Shown here: in pieces, positions 55,548 to 63,106 of the stretch
Position numbering within the stretch: the stretch's first letter is position 1
Layout of the letters: each line of letters starts with the position of its first letter
DNA from: Myxococcota bacterium
GTDB taxonomy: Bacteria > Myxococcota_A > UBA9160 > UBA6930
Direction: 5' to 3'
NCBI GenBank assembly: GCA_030065975.1
Contig: JASJCN010000001.1
Location: 4,294 to 68,293, forward strand
DNA length: 64,000 nt
Notes under the pieces: generated by a model
Told to the model about the DNA's origin: nothing
Seen by the model: only the letters and a program-made list of their open reading frames with translations
Databases searched by the model: none
Made by a program: the position numbers and the translations under genes

Positions 55548-56634
55548 GCGCGGGGCCATCGCCCTCGTCTTCGCGCTGATGGCCCACTGCGCTTGCGGCC
55601 GAGCACCCGAGCCGCTGCTCTCGGGCGTGCTCGTCCGCGCGAGCGAGCCTGCACCGGGCCTTCCCGTCCTGTCGGACCTCACGGTGTTCCGCGACCGGCT
55701 CTACGTGGCGGCCTCCCGCAACCCCCTCGTCGAGCGTGGCGCAGCCGTTCTGGCGAGCCGGGACGGGCGGGAGTTCACGCGTCTGCTGGATCAGCCCTTG
55801 GCCGACGGGTTCGCCCGCATCCGCGTGATCGATGACGTGCTCTTCGTGCCCGGGCTCGACCCGCCCGGGACGGCCCCGGGTCGGGTGTGGATCAGCGAGG
55901 ACGGCGGGACCTTCCGCTCCACGCTCGTGCCCGGTGCGGTTCACGCCTACGACGTCGCCGCGCACGAAGGCGCGGTGGTCCTCTCGGGGGCGCTCGAAGG
56001 AGGCCGGCTCGGGGCGTTGTTCGTCCGCGAGGGGCTCGCGTGGCGGGAGATCCTGCGGCAGCCCTACTCGCGGCTCAAGTTCCTGCTGCCCGTGGGAAAC
56101 GCGCTGCTCGTCGCGAAGACCGACGTGGGGACAGCCGTCGACTACCTCGTGTTGCGCGGCCCCGTCGACGCGATCGAGGCCGAGCCCCGGGACGTGGTCG
56201 CCGGCGAGGCGATCACGTTCCGTTGGTTCACCTCCTCGCGCGGCGTGCTCTTCTGGTCCCTCCGGGACGAGACGGGTCTCCGTTGCCTGACGAGCGACGA
56301 CGCCGAGAGTTGGTCGCCCGTGCCCGGACTCGATGGCCGGTTCGTGTCCGACTTCGCGGAGCTTCGGGGGAATCTCTATGCCCTCGCGCAGGACGGCGTT
56401 CACGGCTCGACGGACCACCGGACGTTCCGGCCGGTGGCCGCGGACCCCGAGGGTGCCCCCTTCGACCCGGTGCCCGCCGAGGGTGTCTACAACGCCGACG
56501 CGACGGCCAGCATGGTGGCGTTTCGCGGCGAGCTGCTGGCCGGAAGCAGCCGCAACGGCATGCTCTACGCACTGATTCCCGAGGGGAGCCGGGAGGAACC
56601 GGTTGCTAGGCGGGAGAGCGCTGTGGTTGAATGA
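55531..56634 (+). CDS. secreted/lipoprotein-like repeat protein (possible beta-propeller), unknown function
   Basis: GTG start. N-terminal AIALVFALMAHCACG. Recurrent ~45-aa segments with G/D...L.A...G motifs. No catalytic motif recognised. Confidence 0.6.
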   Translation: MLDPCRRGAIALVFALMAHCACGRAPEPLLSGVLVRASEPAPGLPVLSDLTVFRDRLYVAASRNPLVERGAAVLASRDGREFTRLLDQPLADGFARIRVIDDVLFVPGLDPPGTAPGRVWISEDGGTFRSTLVPGAVHAYDVAAHEGAVVLSGALEGGRLGALFVREGLAWREILRQPYSRLKFLLPVGNALLVAKTDVGTAVDYLVLRGPVDAIEAEPRDVVAGEAITFRWFTSSRGVLFWSLRDETGLRCLTSDDAESWSPVPGLDGRFVSDFAELRGNLYALAQDGVHGSTDHRTFRPVAADPEGAPFDPVPAEGVYNADATASMVAFRGELLAGSSRNGMLYALIPEGSREEPVARRESAVVE

Positions 56635-56653
56635 CCCGGGGGAGGGACACGTC

Positions 56654-57352
56654 ATGAAGCGGCTGTTCATTGCTGCACTCTTTCTGTTCTCCGGACCTCC
56701 TGCCTGGGCAGGCACGTTCAACCTCAAGGCGACCCTCGAGGTGCCGCTCTTCCTGGAGAGCCCCCTGCAGCTCTCCGGGTCGGCGACGGGAGTGACGAGC
56801 ATCGGAGGCGGGGTGGCCCAGGTCCCGGGCGGCTTGTTCCAGTCCCAGATCTCGACCCCGATCTCCCCGCCCCAGTCCGGGCTGAACAAGCTCACGATCA
56901 CGAACTTCGGCCTTCCGGCCGGGACGCTCGACGCGGCGCAGCCGCTGAACCAGCTCGGCCTCCAGGGCACGGTGAACATCTTCGCCGGAGCGAACTTGGG
57001 GGGCTCGTGGACGCTGGGTCCGATCGGATCGGGAGGCACCTCGACCAGCCTCATCCTGGGGATCTTCCCGCTGGTGCTCAGTGCCGAGGCCTGGCAGATC
57101 GGGACCTTCGTGATCTCGGGCCCGCTCGGAACGCAGACCCTCGTCGGCATCGATGCGCGAACGCCGGCGGGCGAGGGCCTGGTCCAGTTCGTCGCCCCCG
57201 GGACCTTCAGTGACGCCCTGGGGATCATCGGCGGCGGGGCGGCGTTCCCGGCCGGGTCCACGCTCACGCTGCGCTACGTCGCCGTCGGCGAGCCGGTCGT
57301 CTGGGCGCTCCTGACCGGAGCCCTCTGCGTAATCGGTCGTCGTCGCCGCTAG
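56654..57352 (+). CDS. PEP-CTERM-like sorting-signal protein, paralog A (232 aa)
   Basis: GGGGGAGGG RBS. MKRLFIAALFLFSGPPAWA-GTFNL ... TLTLRYVAVGEPVVWALLTGALCVIGRRRR. Confidence 0.75.
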   Translation: MKRLFIAALFLFSGPPAWAGTFNLKATLEVPLFLESPLQLSGSATGVTSIGGGVAQVPGGLFQSQISTPISPPQSGLNKLTITNFGLPAGTLDAAQPLNQLGLQGTVNIFAGANLGGSWTLGPIGSGGTSTSLILGIFPLVLSAEAWQIGTFVISGPLGTQTLVGIDARTPAGEGLVQFVAPGTFSDALGIIGGGAAFPAGSTLTLRYVAVGEPVVWALLTGALCVIGRRRR

Positions 57353-57364
57353 CGGCGCGCCGGA

Positions 57365-57439
57365 TCAGATCTCGATGCCGGGGTTCGCCGGGTCGTCGTA
57401 GCGCTGATGCAGGAAGGGGAGGAGCCACTCGCCGGGCAT
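57365..57439 (-). pseudogene. duplicated 3' fragment (25 codons) of the acetoacetate decarboxylase-family gene
   Basis: Near-identical (2 mismatches by eye) to 58403-58476. Encodes PGEWLLPFLHQRYDDPANPGIEI(stop) with no upstream body. Confidence 0.7.
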
Positions 57440-57674
57440 TCACGGCTCGACGGACCACCGGACGTTCCGGCCGGTGGCCGCGGACCCCGAGGGTGCCCCC
57501 TTCGACCCGGTGCCCGCCGAGGGTGTCTACAATGCCGACGCGACGGCCAGCATGGTGGCGTTACGCGGCGAGCTGCTGGCCGGAAGCAGCCGCAACGGCG
57601 TGCTCTACGCACTGATGCCCGAGGGGAGCCGGGAGGAACCGGTTGCTAGGCGGGAGAGCGCTGTGGTTGAATGA
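57439..57674 (+). pseudogene. duplicated 3' fragment (78 codons) of the 55531..56634 gene
   Basis: 56401-56640 vs 57441-57680 shows 4 mismatches in 240 nt by hand alignment. Lacks the 5' ~870 nt of the parent gene. Track ORF 57474..57674 lies within it. Confidence 0.7.
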
Positions 57675-57691
57675 CCCGGGGCGGAGGCACC

Positions 57692-58390
57692 ATGAAGCGA
57701 ATCCTCGTTGCCGCACTCTTCCTGCTCGCCGGGCCTCCTGCCTGGGCCGGCACCTTCAACCTGAACGCCACCCTGGTGGTTCCCATGTTCGTTCTGGAGG
57801 AGGTGCAGTTCTCCGGCTCGGCCGTGGGCGTGACGAGTGTCGGGGGAGGGATCGCGCAGGTCCCGGGCGGCTTGTTCCCGTCGCAGATCTCGACTCCGAT
57901 CTCCCCGCCCCAGTCCGGCCTCAACAAGCTGACGGTGATGAACTTCGGACTGCAAGGCGGAACTCTCGACGCCGGACAGGCCACGAGCCCGCTCGGCCTC
58001 CAGGGAACGGTGAACCTTCTCGCTGGCGCCAATCCGGCCGGTGGCTTCGGTCTGGGTCCGATCGGCGCGGGCGGAACCACGGCCGGGTTGATCTTCGGGA
58101 TCTTCCCCATCACGCTGAGCGCCGAACCCTGGCAGCTCGGCACCTTCATGATCCCGTCGCCCTTCGGGCCCTCGCAGACGCTCGTCGGGTTCGACGCACG
58201 CACGCCCAACGGCGCAGGCCTGATCCAGTTCGTGTCGCCCGGAACCTTCTCGGACTTCTTCGGTGTCGGCTCCGGAACTCCGTTCCCGGCCGGCTCGACG
58301 CTCACGCTCCAGTACGTGGCCGTCGCCGAGCCGGTCGTCTGGGCCCTCCTGACTGGAGCCCTCTGCGTGATCGGTCGTCGTCGCCGCTAG
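57692..58390 (+). CDS. PEP-CTERM-like sorting-signal protein, paralog B (232 aa)
   Basis: GGCGGAGG RBS. MKRILVAALFLLAGPPAWA-GTFNL ... TLTLQYVAVAEPVVWALLTGALCVIGRRRR. Confidence 0.75.
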   Translation: MKRILVAALFLLAGPPAWAGTFNLNATLVVPMFVLEEVQFSGSAVGVTSVGGGIAQVPGGLFPSQISTPISPPQSGLNKLTVMNFGLQGGTLDAGQATSPLGLQGTVNLLAGANPAGGFGLGPIGAGGTTAGLIFGIFPITLSAEPWQLGTFMIPSPFGPSQTLVGFDARTPNGAGLIQFVSPGTFSDFFGVGSGTPFPAGSTLTLQYVAVAEPVVWALLTGALCVIGRRRR

Positions 58391-58402
58391 CGGCGCGCCG
58401 GA

Positions 58403-59200
58403 TCAGATCTCGATGCCGGGGTTCGCCGGGTCGTCGTAGCGCTGGTGCAGGAAGGGGAGGAGCCACTCGCCGGGCACCGGGCGCAGCACGCGGCCGTTGG
58501 ACTCGGTGGTGCCCTCCTCGGCCTCCATGCGGACGATGCGCAGGACCGGGAGGTCGGCCACGGGGTCGAAGGGCGACTCGCGCAGCAGGATCTCGCCGTC
58601 CTCGATGCGGTTCACCTTGCGGTGCCGATGGCGCCACTCGAGGCGCACCAGCAGCGGGTCGCCGTCGAAGTCGCGCTCCTTCTCGCAGGAGGGCAGGGCC
58701 TTGAAGCAGAAGCCGAGCTCGGTCATCTCGCGCTCGGGAAGCGCCTCTCCGATGCGGCCCCCGGCCTCCATGTAGGCGACGCCCAGCCGGGTCACGCTGC
58801 CGCGCGCCTTCTCGTCGTCCATGTCGAATGCGATGTCGGCGATCTTCTTGGGCTCGCCGAAGGTCTCACGGCCCGGCACCACCGCCTGCTCGGTCGTCAT
58901 CGGCATCGTGACCAGGTAGATGCCCTCCTCGCCGTCGTAGCGGGCCTTCACGCCGAAGACGCCGGACCCGATCTCGATCGTGAGCTCGGGCGTCACGTGC
59001 ATCGATACGTGGGAGAGGGTCATGCACACGAGCGGCTCGTCGGCGGGCTCGAGGGGGCGGGGGATCACGGCGCGGGCGAGGGCCGGATCCGTCTCGTACT
59101 CGCAGCGGATCGAGCGCACGGTGCTGTCCAGGAACTCGGGGTTCGACTCCCGGGCGGCCTTCACCTGCTCGAGGGTCTTCACGTAGCGGAGACGGGCCAT
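58403..59200 (-). CDS. acetoacetate decarboxylase (ADC) family protein
   Basis: Internal ATG of ORF 58403..60220, overlapping the upstream stop by 1 nt (TGATG). 265 aa with beta-cone-like ADC family features (GVFGVKARYDGEEGIYLVTMPMT, CFKALPS). Confidence 0.75.
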   Translation of the reverse strand: MARLRYVKTLEQVKAARESNPEFLDSTVRSIRCEYETDPALARAVIPRPLEPADEPLVCMTLSHVSMHVTPELTIEIGSGVFGVKARYDGEEGIYLVTMPMTTEQAVVPGRETFGEPKKIADIAFDMDDEKARGSVTRLGVAYMEAGGRIGEALPEREMTELGFCFKALPSCEKERDFDGDPLLVRLEWRHRHRKVNRIEDGEILLRESPFDPVADLPVLRIVRMEAEEGTTESNGRVLRPVPGEWLLPFLHQRYDDPANPGIEI

Positions 59201-60396
59201 CAGGACTCCTTGGTCGTGGAAGCGAAAGCCGCGGGGTTCGGGCCGATGCGCGCGGCAAGGGGTGCCAGCTTCTCGGTGTCGAAGCCGTACAGGGCGGCGG
59301 CGTTGCCGCCGAGCATCGCCCGCAGGTCGGCCTCGGGGATGCCGTCGAAGCTCTCGTGCAGCTGCTTGCTCGTCTCGGGCCAGCTGCCTTCGGGATGGGG
59401 GTAGTCGGTGCCCCACATGATGTTCCCGATGCCGATGCGCTCCCGGTCGACGACCTCGGTGCGCGGCATGCACGAGGCCCCGAGGAAGACGTGCTCGTGG
59501 AAGTACTCGCTCGGCTTCTTCGAGAGGTGGCTCTGGTAGTCGCCGAGCTTGGCCTGGTAGTGGGCCTCGCTGTAGCGGAAGTCGTGGAGCGTGAGCGCCT
59601 CGGGCACCCACACGCAGGTCGACTCGGTGATGGCGAGACGCAGCTTGGGATGCCGCTCGAAGACGCCGCCCCAGATCAGGAACCAGATCGGCCGGGCCGA
59701 CCACCAGACGACCTCGGAGATGTAGAGGCCCATCATCCCCTGGTGGTCGTCGTAGTCGCTCATCGGCGCGGCGCCGGAGTGGAGGTGCATCACCATCCCG
59801 GTGTCCTCGCACGCCGACCAGACGGGCTCGTACTTGGGGTGGTGGTAGGGATCCTGGCTGCCCCACATCGAGGGGATGAGGATGCCGCGCAGCCCGTTCT
59901 CCCGGGCCCACTCGATCTCCTTCACGGCCTCCTCGACGCTCCAGAGAATCGGCACGATCGCGAGCCCCGCACGCCGCTCGGGCGCCATCTGACAGAACTC
60001 CGCGATCCAGCGGTTGTGGGCGCGCGCGCCGGCCCACTGGAGCTTCGGGTCGATGCCCTCGGTGGGCAGCGAGAGGCCGGCGCCGAAGGGCGGGAGGTTC
60101 ATCTCGGTGATGCCGTCGGGGAAGATCACCTCGCCGGCCACGCCGTCGGCATCGAGCACCTGGTTGCGCATGTCCGAGTCCCAGGCGCCGGTCAGCTGCT
60201 GCTCGTGTCCCTTGCGCCACTCGACGTTGAAGTCCTCGACCAGGAACTTCTTCGAGGCCTTCTTCACCTCCTCGATCTGGATCGGGAGGGCCACGTCGAA
60301 GATCTCGCGGTACTCGGGATCGACGTAGTCGCGGTAGCGCTCGGGCGGAAGCCCGGCGTGACAGTCGCTCGAGATGATCAGGATCGGATCGCTCAT
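59200..60396 (-). CDS. amidohydrolase-2 family (ACMSD-like metal-dependent hydrolase/decarboxylase)
   Basis: GGAGGAG RBS and ATGA overlap with the Rieske gene. ISSDCHAG, MHLHSG, WGTDYPHPEG. Confidence 0.85.
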   Translation of the reverse strand: MSDPILIISSDCHAGLPPERYRDYVDPEYREIFDVALPIQIEEVKKASKKFLVEDFNVEWRKGHEQQLTGAWDSDMRNQVLDADGVAGEVIFPDGITEMNLPPFGAGLSLPTEGIDPKLQWAGARAHNRWIAEFCQMAPERRAGLAIVPILWSVEEAVKEIEWARENGLRGILIPSMWGSQDPYHHPKYEPVWSACEDTGMVMHLHSGAAPMSDYDDHQGMMGLYISEVVWWSARPIWFLIWGGVFERHPKLRLAITESTCVWVPEALTLHDFRYSEAHYQAKLGDYQSHLSKKPSEYFHEHVFLGASCMPRTEVVDRERIGIGNIMWGTDYPHPEGSWPETSKQLHESFDGIPEADLRAMLGGNAAALYGFDTEKLAPLAARIGPNPAAFASTTKES

Positions 60397-61397
60397 GCGT
60401 TCTCCTCCGAGGGCGTCGGGTCGTCGCCCTCGTCGACTTCGTCGAGGGGGTGATGGCTGTAGAACTGGCGCGTCCATTTCCGGAACGCGGCGAGATGCTC
60501 GTCGGCCTCGCAGAAGACGGGCCGGGCGCGATGGATCTTGTTCTTCCAGATGCGCAGGTCCTGCTTCACGCCCTCGGTCATGCCCTTGATGAAGGGCTCG
60601 CCGGCGACGTCGGCGAGGTTGCGGCTCACCGTGAAGGCCCAGCGCGAATGGGTGGTGTGGGTGTCGATGGGCGTGGTCGACGAGAAGAAGAGCAGGCCGG
60701 CTTCGCCCATGCCCTTCATGCGCACCGAGGTGACGCCCAGGCTCCAGCTGTCGCGCTCGAGGTCGACGCGATGGGTTCCGAAGGGCGTCTCCGCCTCCTG
60801 CCAGCTCGTCATGCGGAAGAAGCGGCCGTTCTCGTGGATCTGCATCTCCGAATCGGGGATGTGCGGATTGCCGTGCACCGTCGCGAAGTGCGCCGGGTCG
60901 CAGTTGTTCTCGGCCATCTCCTGCATGTGCACGGGCATCTCGATGTCGAAGAAGCGCGGCTCGGTGTAGCTCGGGTCGTCGAACTCGGGGAGGCTCGGCA
61001 CCTCCCAGTCCGGCGGCTTCCCCTCCGCGTGGCGCCACACGAAGATCATGTGGTTGCGCTCCACGCACTCCCAGGGGCGGGTGCGCGCCCGGGCCGGGAT
61101 GCGCTTGCAGTAGGGGATCTCGACGCAGGTCCCGCTCTCGTCGAAGCGCCAGCCGTGGAAGGGGCAGCGGATGCCGTCACCCACCACCATGCCGCCTTCA
61201 GCCAGGTGCGCGCCCATGTGCGGGCAGAAGGCGTCGAGCACGATCGGCTTCCCGCTGCGCCCGCGGAAGAGCACGAGCTCCTCCTCGAAGGCGTCGACGC
61301 GCTGCACCTGCCCCTCGGCGAGGTCCTTGCTCCACGCCACGGCGAACCACCCGTTCGGAATGGGAAGCTCGGTGTGCTCCCGCTCTCGCTTGCTCAT
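60393..61397 (-). CDS. Rieske [2Fe-2S] non-heme iron oxygenase, KshA-like
   Basis: CPHMGAHL...CPFHGWRF Rieske motif. NNCDPAHFATVHG mononuclear iron region. Confidence 0.9.
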   Translation of the reverse strand: MSKREREHTELPIPNGWFAVAWSKDLAEGQVQRVDAFEEELVLFRGRSGKPIVLDAFCPHMGAHLAEGGMVVGDGIRCPFHGWRFDESGTCVEIPYCKRIPARARTRPWECVERNHMIFVWRHAEGKPPDWEVPSLPEFDDPSYTEPRFFDIEMPVHMQEMAENNCDPAHFATVHGNPHIPDSEMQIHENGRFFRMTSWQEAETPFGTHRVDLERDSWSLGVTSVRMKGMGEAGLLFFSSTTPIDTHTTHSRWAFTVSRNLADVAGEPFIKGMTEGVKQDLRIWKNKIHRARPVFCEADEHLAAFRKWTRQFYSHHPLDEVDEGDDPTPSEENA

Positions 61398-62032
61398 CGG
61401 GGCTCCTCCGTCCGACCGGACGTTCCGTCCTCCGGCGGCTTGGAGATGCTGTCGCCGAGCAGGCGGGCCAGGGCCTCGGCGCGCTCGGCGATGGGGTGCT
61501 GCTCCAGGTGGGCATGATCGAAGGCCAGGGTGTAGAACGCCCCCAGCACGAGCTCGGTCAGCGTCTCGTCGTCGTGGTCGGGCGTGAGCTCGCCGGCGTC
61601 GCGCCCCTCGCGGATCAGCGCACCGAAGGCCGCGTGCATGCGTCGGGTCTCCTCGGCCCCCTGCCGCTGTCCGAGCTGGATGAACTCGTTGATCAGCTCG
61701 CGGTGCATGCGCCCCGCCGCCTGGACCTCGGCGGCGAGGGACTGGAAGAGGATGGCCAGGCGCTCGCGCGTCGTGCCGGGGCGCTTGCGGACGTCCTCGA
61801 CGCGTTCGAGCAGCTGGGACAGCCCGGCGTCCGCGATCTCCCGCAGCAGGTGGGCCTTGGAGGGGAAGTGGTTGAAGAACGTCTTCTCCGCCACGTCGGC
61901 CCGCTCGCAGATCTCCCCGACCCGCGTGTCCTCGACGCCGCGCGCCTCGAACAGCGCGATGGCCGCCTCGAGGATCCGCTCGCGGCGGGCCGCCTTCTTG
62001 CGCTCACGTCGATTGGGGACGGACTCGCTCAC
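61394..62032 (-). CDS. TetR/AcrR family transcriptional regulator
   Basis: ILEAAIALFEARGVEDTRVGEICERADVAEKTFFNHFPSK. ATGA overlap with the Rieske gene. Confidence 0.9.
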   Translation of the reverse strand: MSESVPNRRERKKAARRERILEAAIALFEARGVEDTRVGEICERADVAEKTFFNHFPSKAHLLREIADAGLSQLLERVEDVRKRPGTTRERLAILFQSLAAEVQAAGRMHRELINEFIQLGQRQGAEETRRMHAAFGALIREGRDAGELTPDHDDETLTELVLGAFYTLAFDHAHLEQHPIAERAEALARLLGDSISKPPEDGTSGRTEEPR

Positions 62033-62046
62033 CCCGGAACGGGTAG

Positions 62047-62056
62047 CACGTCTTTA
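62047..62056. promoter_or_regulatory. perfect 10-bp palindrome CAGTCGACTG upstream of tetR (candidate operator)
   Basis: 15 nt upstream of the TetR start codon. Partially extendable to TTACAGTCGACTGCAA. Confidence 0.4.
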
Positions 62057-62084
62057 CAGTCGACTGCAACTTTGCGTGACGCTG

Positions 62085-62112
62085 TACACAGGGGAGAAAA
62101 GCCCCGTATTGG
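62085..62112 (-). terminator. rho-independent terminator of the aldo/keto reductase gene
   Basis: Minus strand reads AAGCCCCCGCCAATACGGGGCTTTTCTCCCC: a GC-rich 7-8-bp stem followed by TTTTCT, 16 nt after the stop at 62128. Confidence 0.7.
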
Positions 62113-62127
62113 CGGGGGCTTATCCCG

Positions 62128-63033
62128 TCACGGGAGGGGCGCGCCCTCCGAGGCCTCGACGATCCGGTAGACGTCCGCCCGATCGAGGCGGACCTCCAGT
62201 GCGCGGGGTGCCGCGGCGATCCGCTCGGGGTTCGTGGTGCCGACGATGGCGATGGGGCGGGCGGCGAAGGCGAGCACGAAGGCCGTACACAGGGTGGCCC
62301 GGTCGACCCCCTCGCGCTTGGCGAGGTCGTCGAGCACGGCGAGGAGCTCGGGCCGGACGCCCTCGCCGCTGGCGAGCCGACCGCCGGCGAGCGGGCTCCA
62401 GGCCAATGCGGTGATGCGAAGCCGCGCACACAGGTCGAGGGTGCCGTCGCGCAGCGCAGAGAGCTCGAGCGCCGAGATCTCGGGCTGGCTCGTGGCCAGG
62501 GGGAACGAGAGCGCCGCGGCGAGCGCCTCGGTCTGGGCGGGCGTGTAGTTGGAGACGCCGACCTCGCGCACCTTGCCCGACTCGTGCAGGCGCGTGAGCC
62601 CGGCCGCCACCTCGTCGGGGTGGGCGAAGAGGTCGGGCCGGTGGATCTGGTAGAGATCCACGTGGTCGACGCCGAGGCGGGTGAGAGAGGCGTTGCAGGC
62701 CTCCTCCAGGTACGCGGCGCTCGAGTCGTAGGGCGTGCCCGGGATGATCCCGCCCTTGGTGGCGAGGATCATCTGGCCGCGCAGGCCGGGGCCGTCGGCC
62801 AGCACCTCGCCGAGCAAGCTCTCGGCGGCGCCGAAGCCCGAGCCGCCCCAGTCGAGGCCGTAGACGTCGGCGTTGTCGACGAGACCGAGGCCGGCCTCGA
62901 GGGCGGTCTCCACGCGCTGTCGCGCCTCCTTCACCGACATCGCGACGAGGCGCCAGCAGCCGAAGGCCAGCGGGCCGGTGCGCAGCTCGGGGCCGATCTT
63001 GCGGGGCTCGGAGTCGACGAGGGAGTGCGGCAT
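62128..63033 (-). CDS. aldo/keto reductase
   Basis: FGCWRL, DNADVYG, ILATKGG and HRPD motifs. Confidence 0.9.
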   Translation of the reverse strand: MPHSLVDSEPRKIGPELRTGPLAFGCWRLVAMSVKEARQRVETALEAGLGLVDNADVYGLDWGGSGFGAAESLLGEVLADGPGLRGQMILATKGGIIPGTPYDSSAAYLEEACNASLTRLGVDHVDLYQIHRPDLFAHPDEVAAGLTRLHESGKVREVGVSNYTPAQTEALAAALSFPLATSQPEISALELSALRDGTLDLCARLRITALAWSPLAGGRLASGEGVRPELLAVLDDLAKREGVDRATLCTAFVLAFAARPIAIVGTTNPERIAAAPRALEVRLDRADVYRIVEASEGAPLP

Positions 63034-63106
63034 CCGAGCAGTCTAGAGGCGCAGCGTCCGATCGGGCTAGTCTTGCCGGTTCCCTCGAGACGGGAAGGAG
63101 GCTCCC

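Larger units (their letters stand above)
56399..58476. repeat. tandem direct duplication, unit ~1,040 bp (56399-57438 and 57439-58476)
   Basis: Flanks are collinear with an offset of 1040 nt (5' part) and 1038 nt (3' part). The junction at 57438/57439 joins the ADC 3' fragment to the propeller-gene 3' fragment. Confidence 0.85.

Noticed and set aside
57474-57674. 66-aa ORF listed in the track
   Set aside because: It lies wholly within the duplicated 3' fragment of the 55531..56634 gene and lacks that gene's first ~290 codons. Treated as a duplication relic, not a gene.
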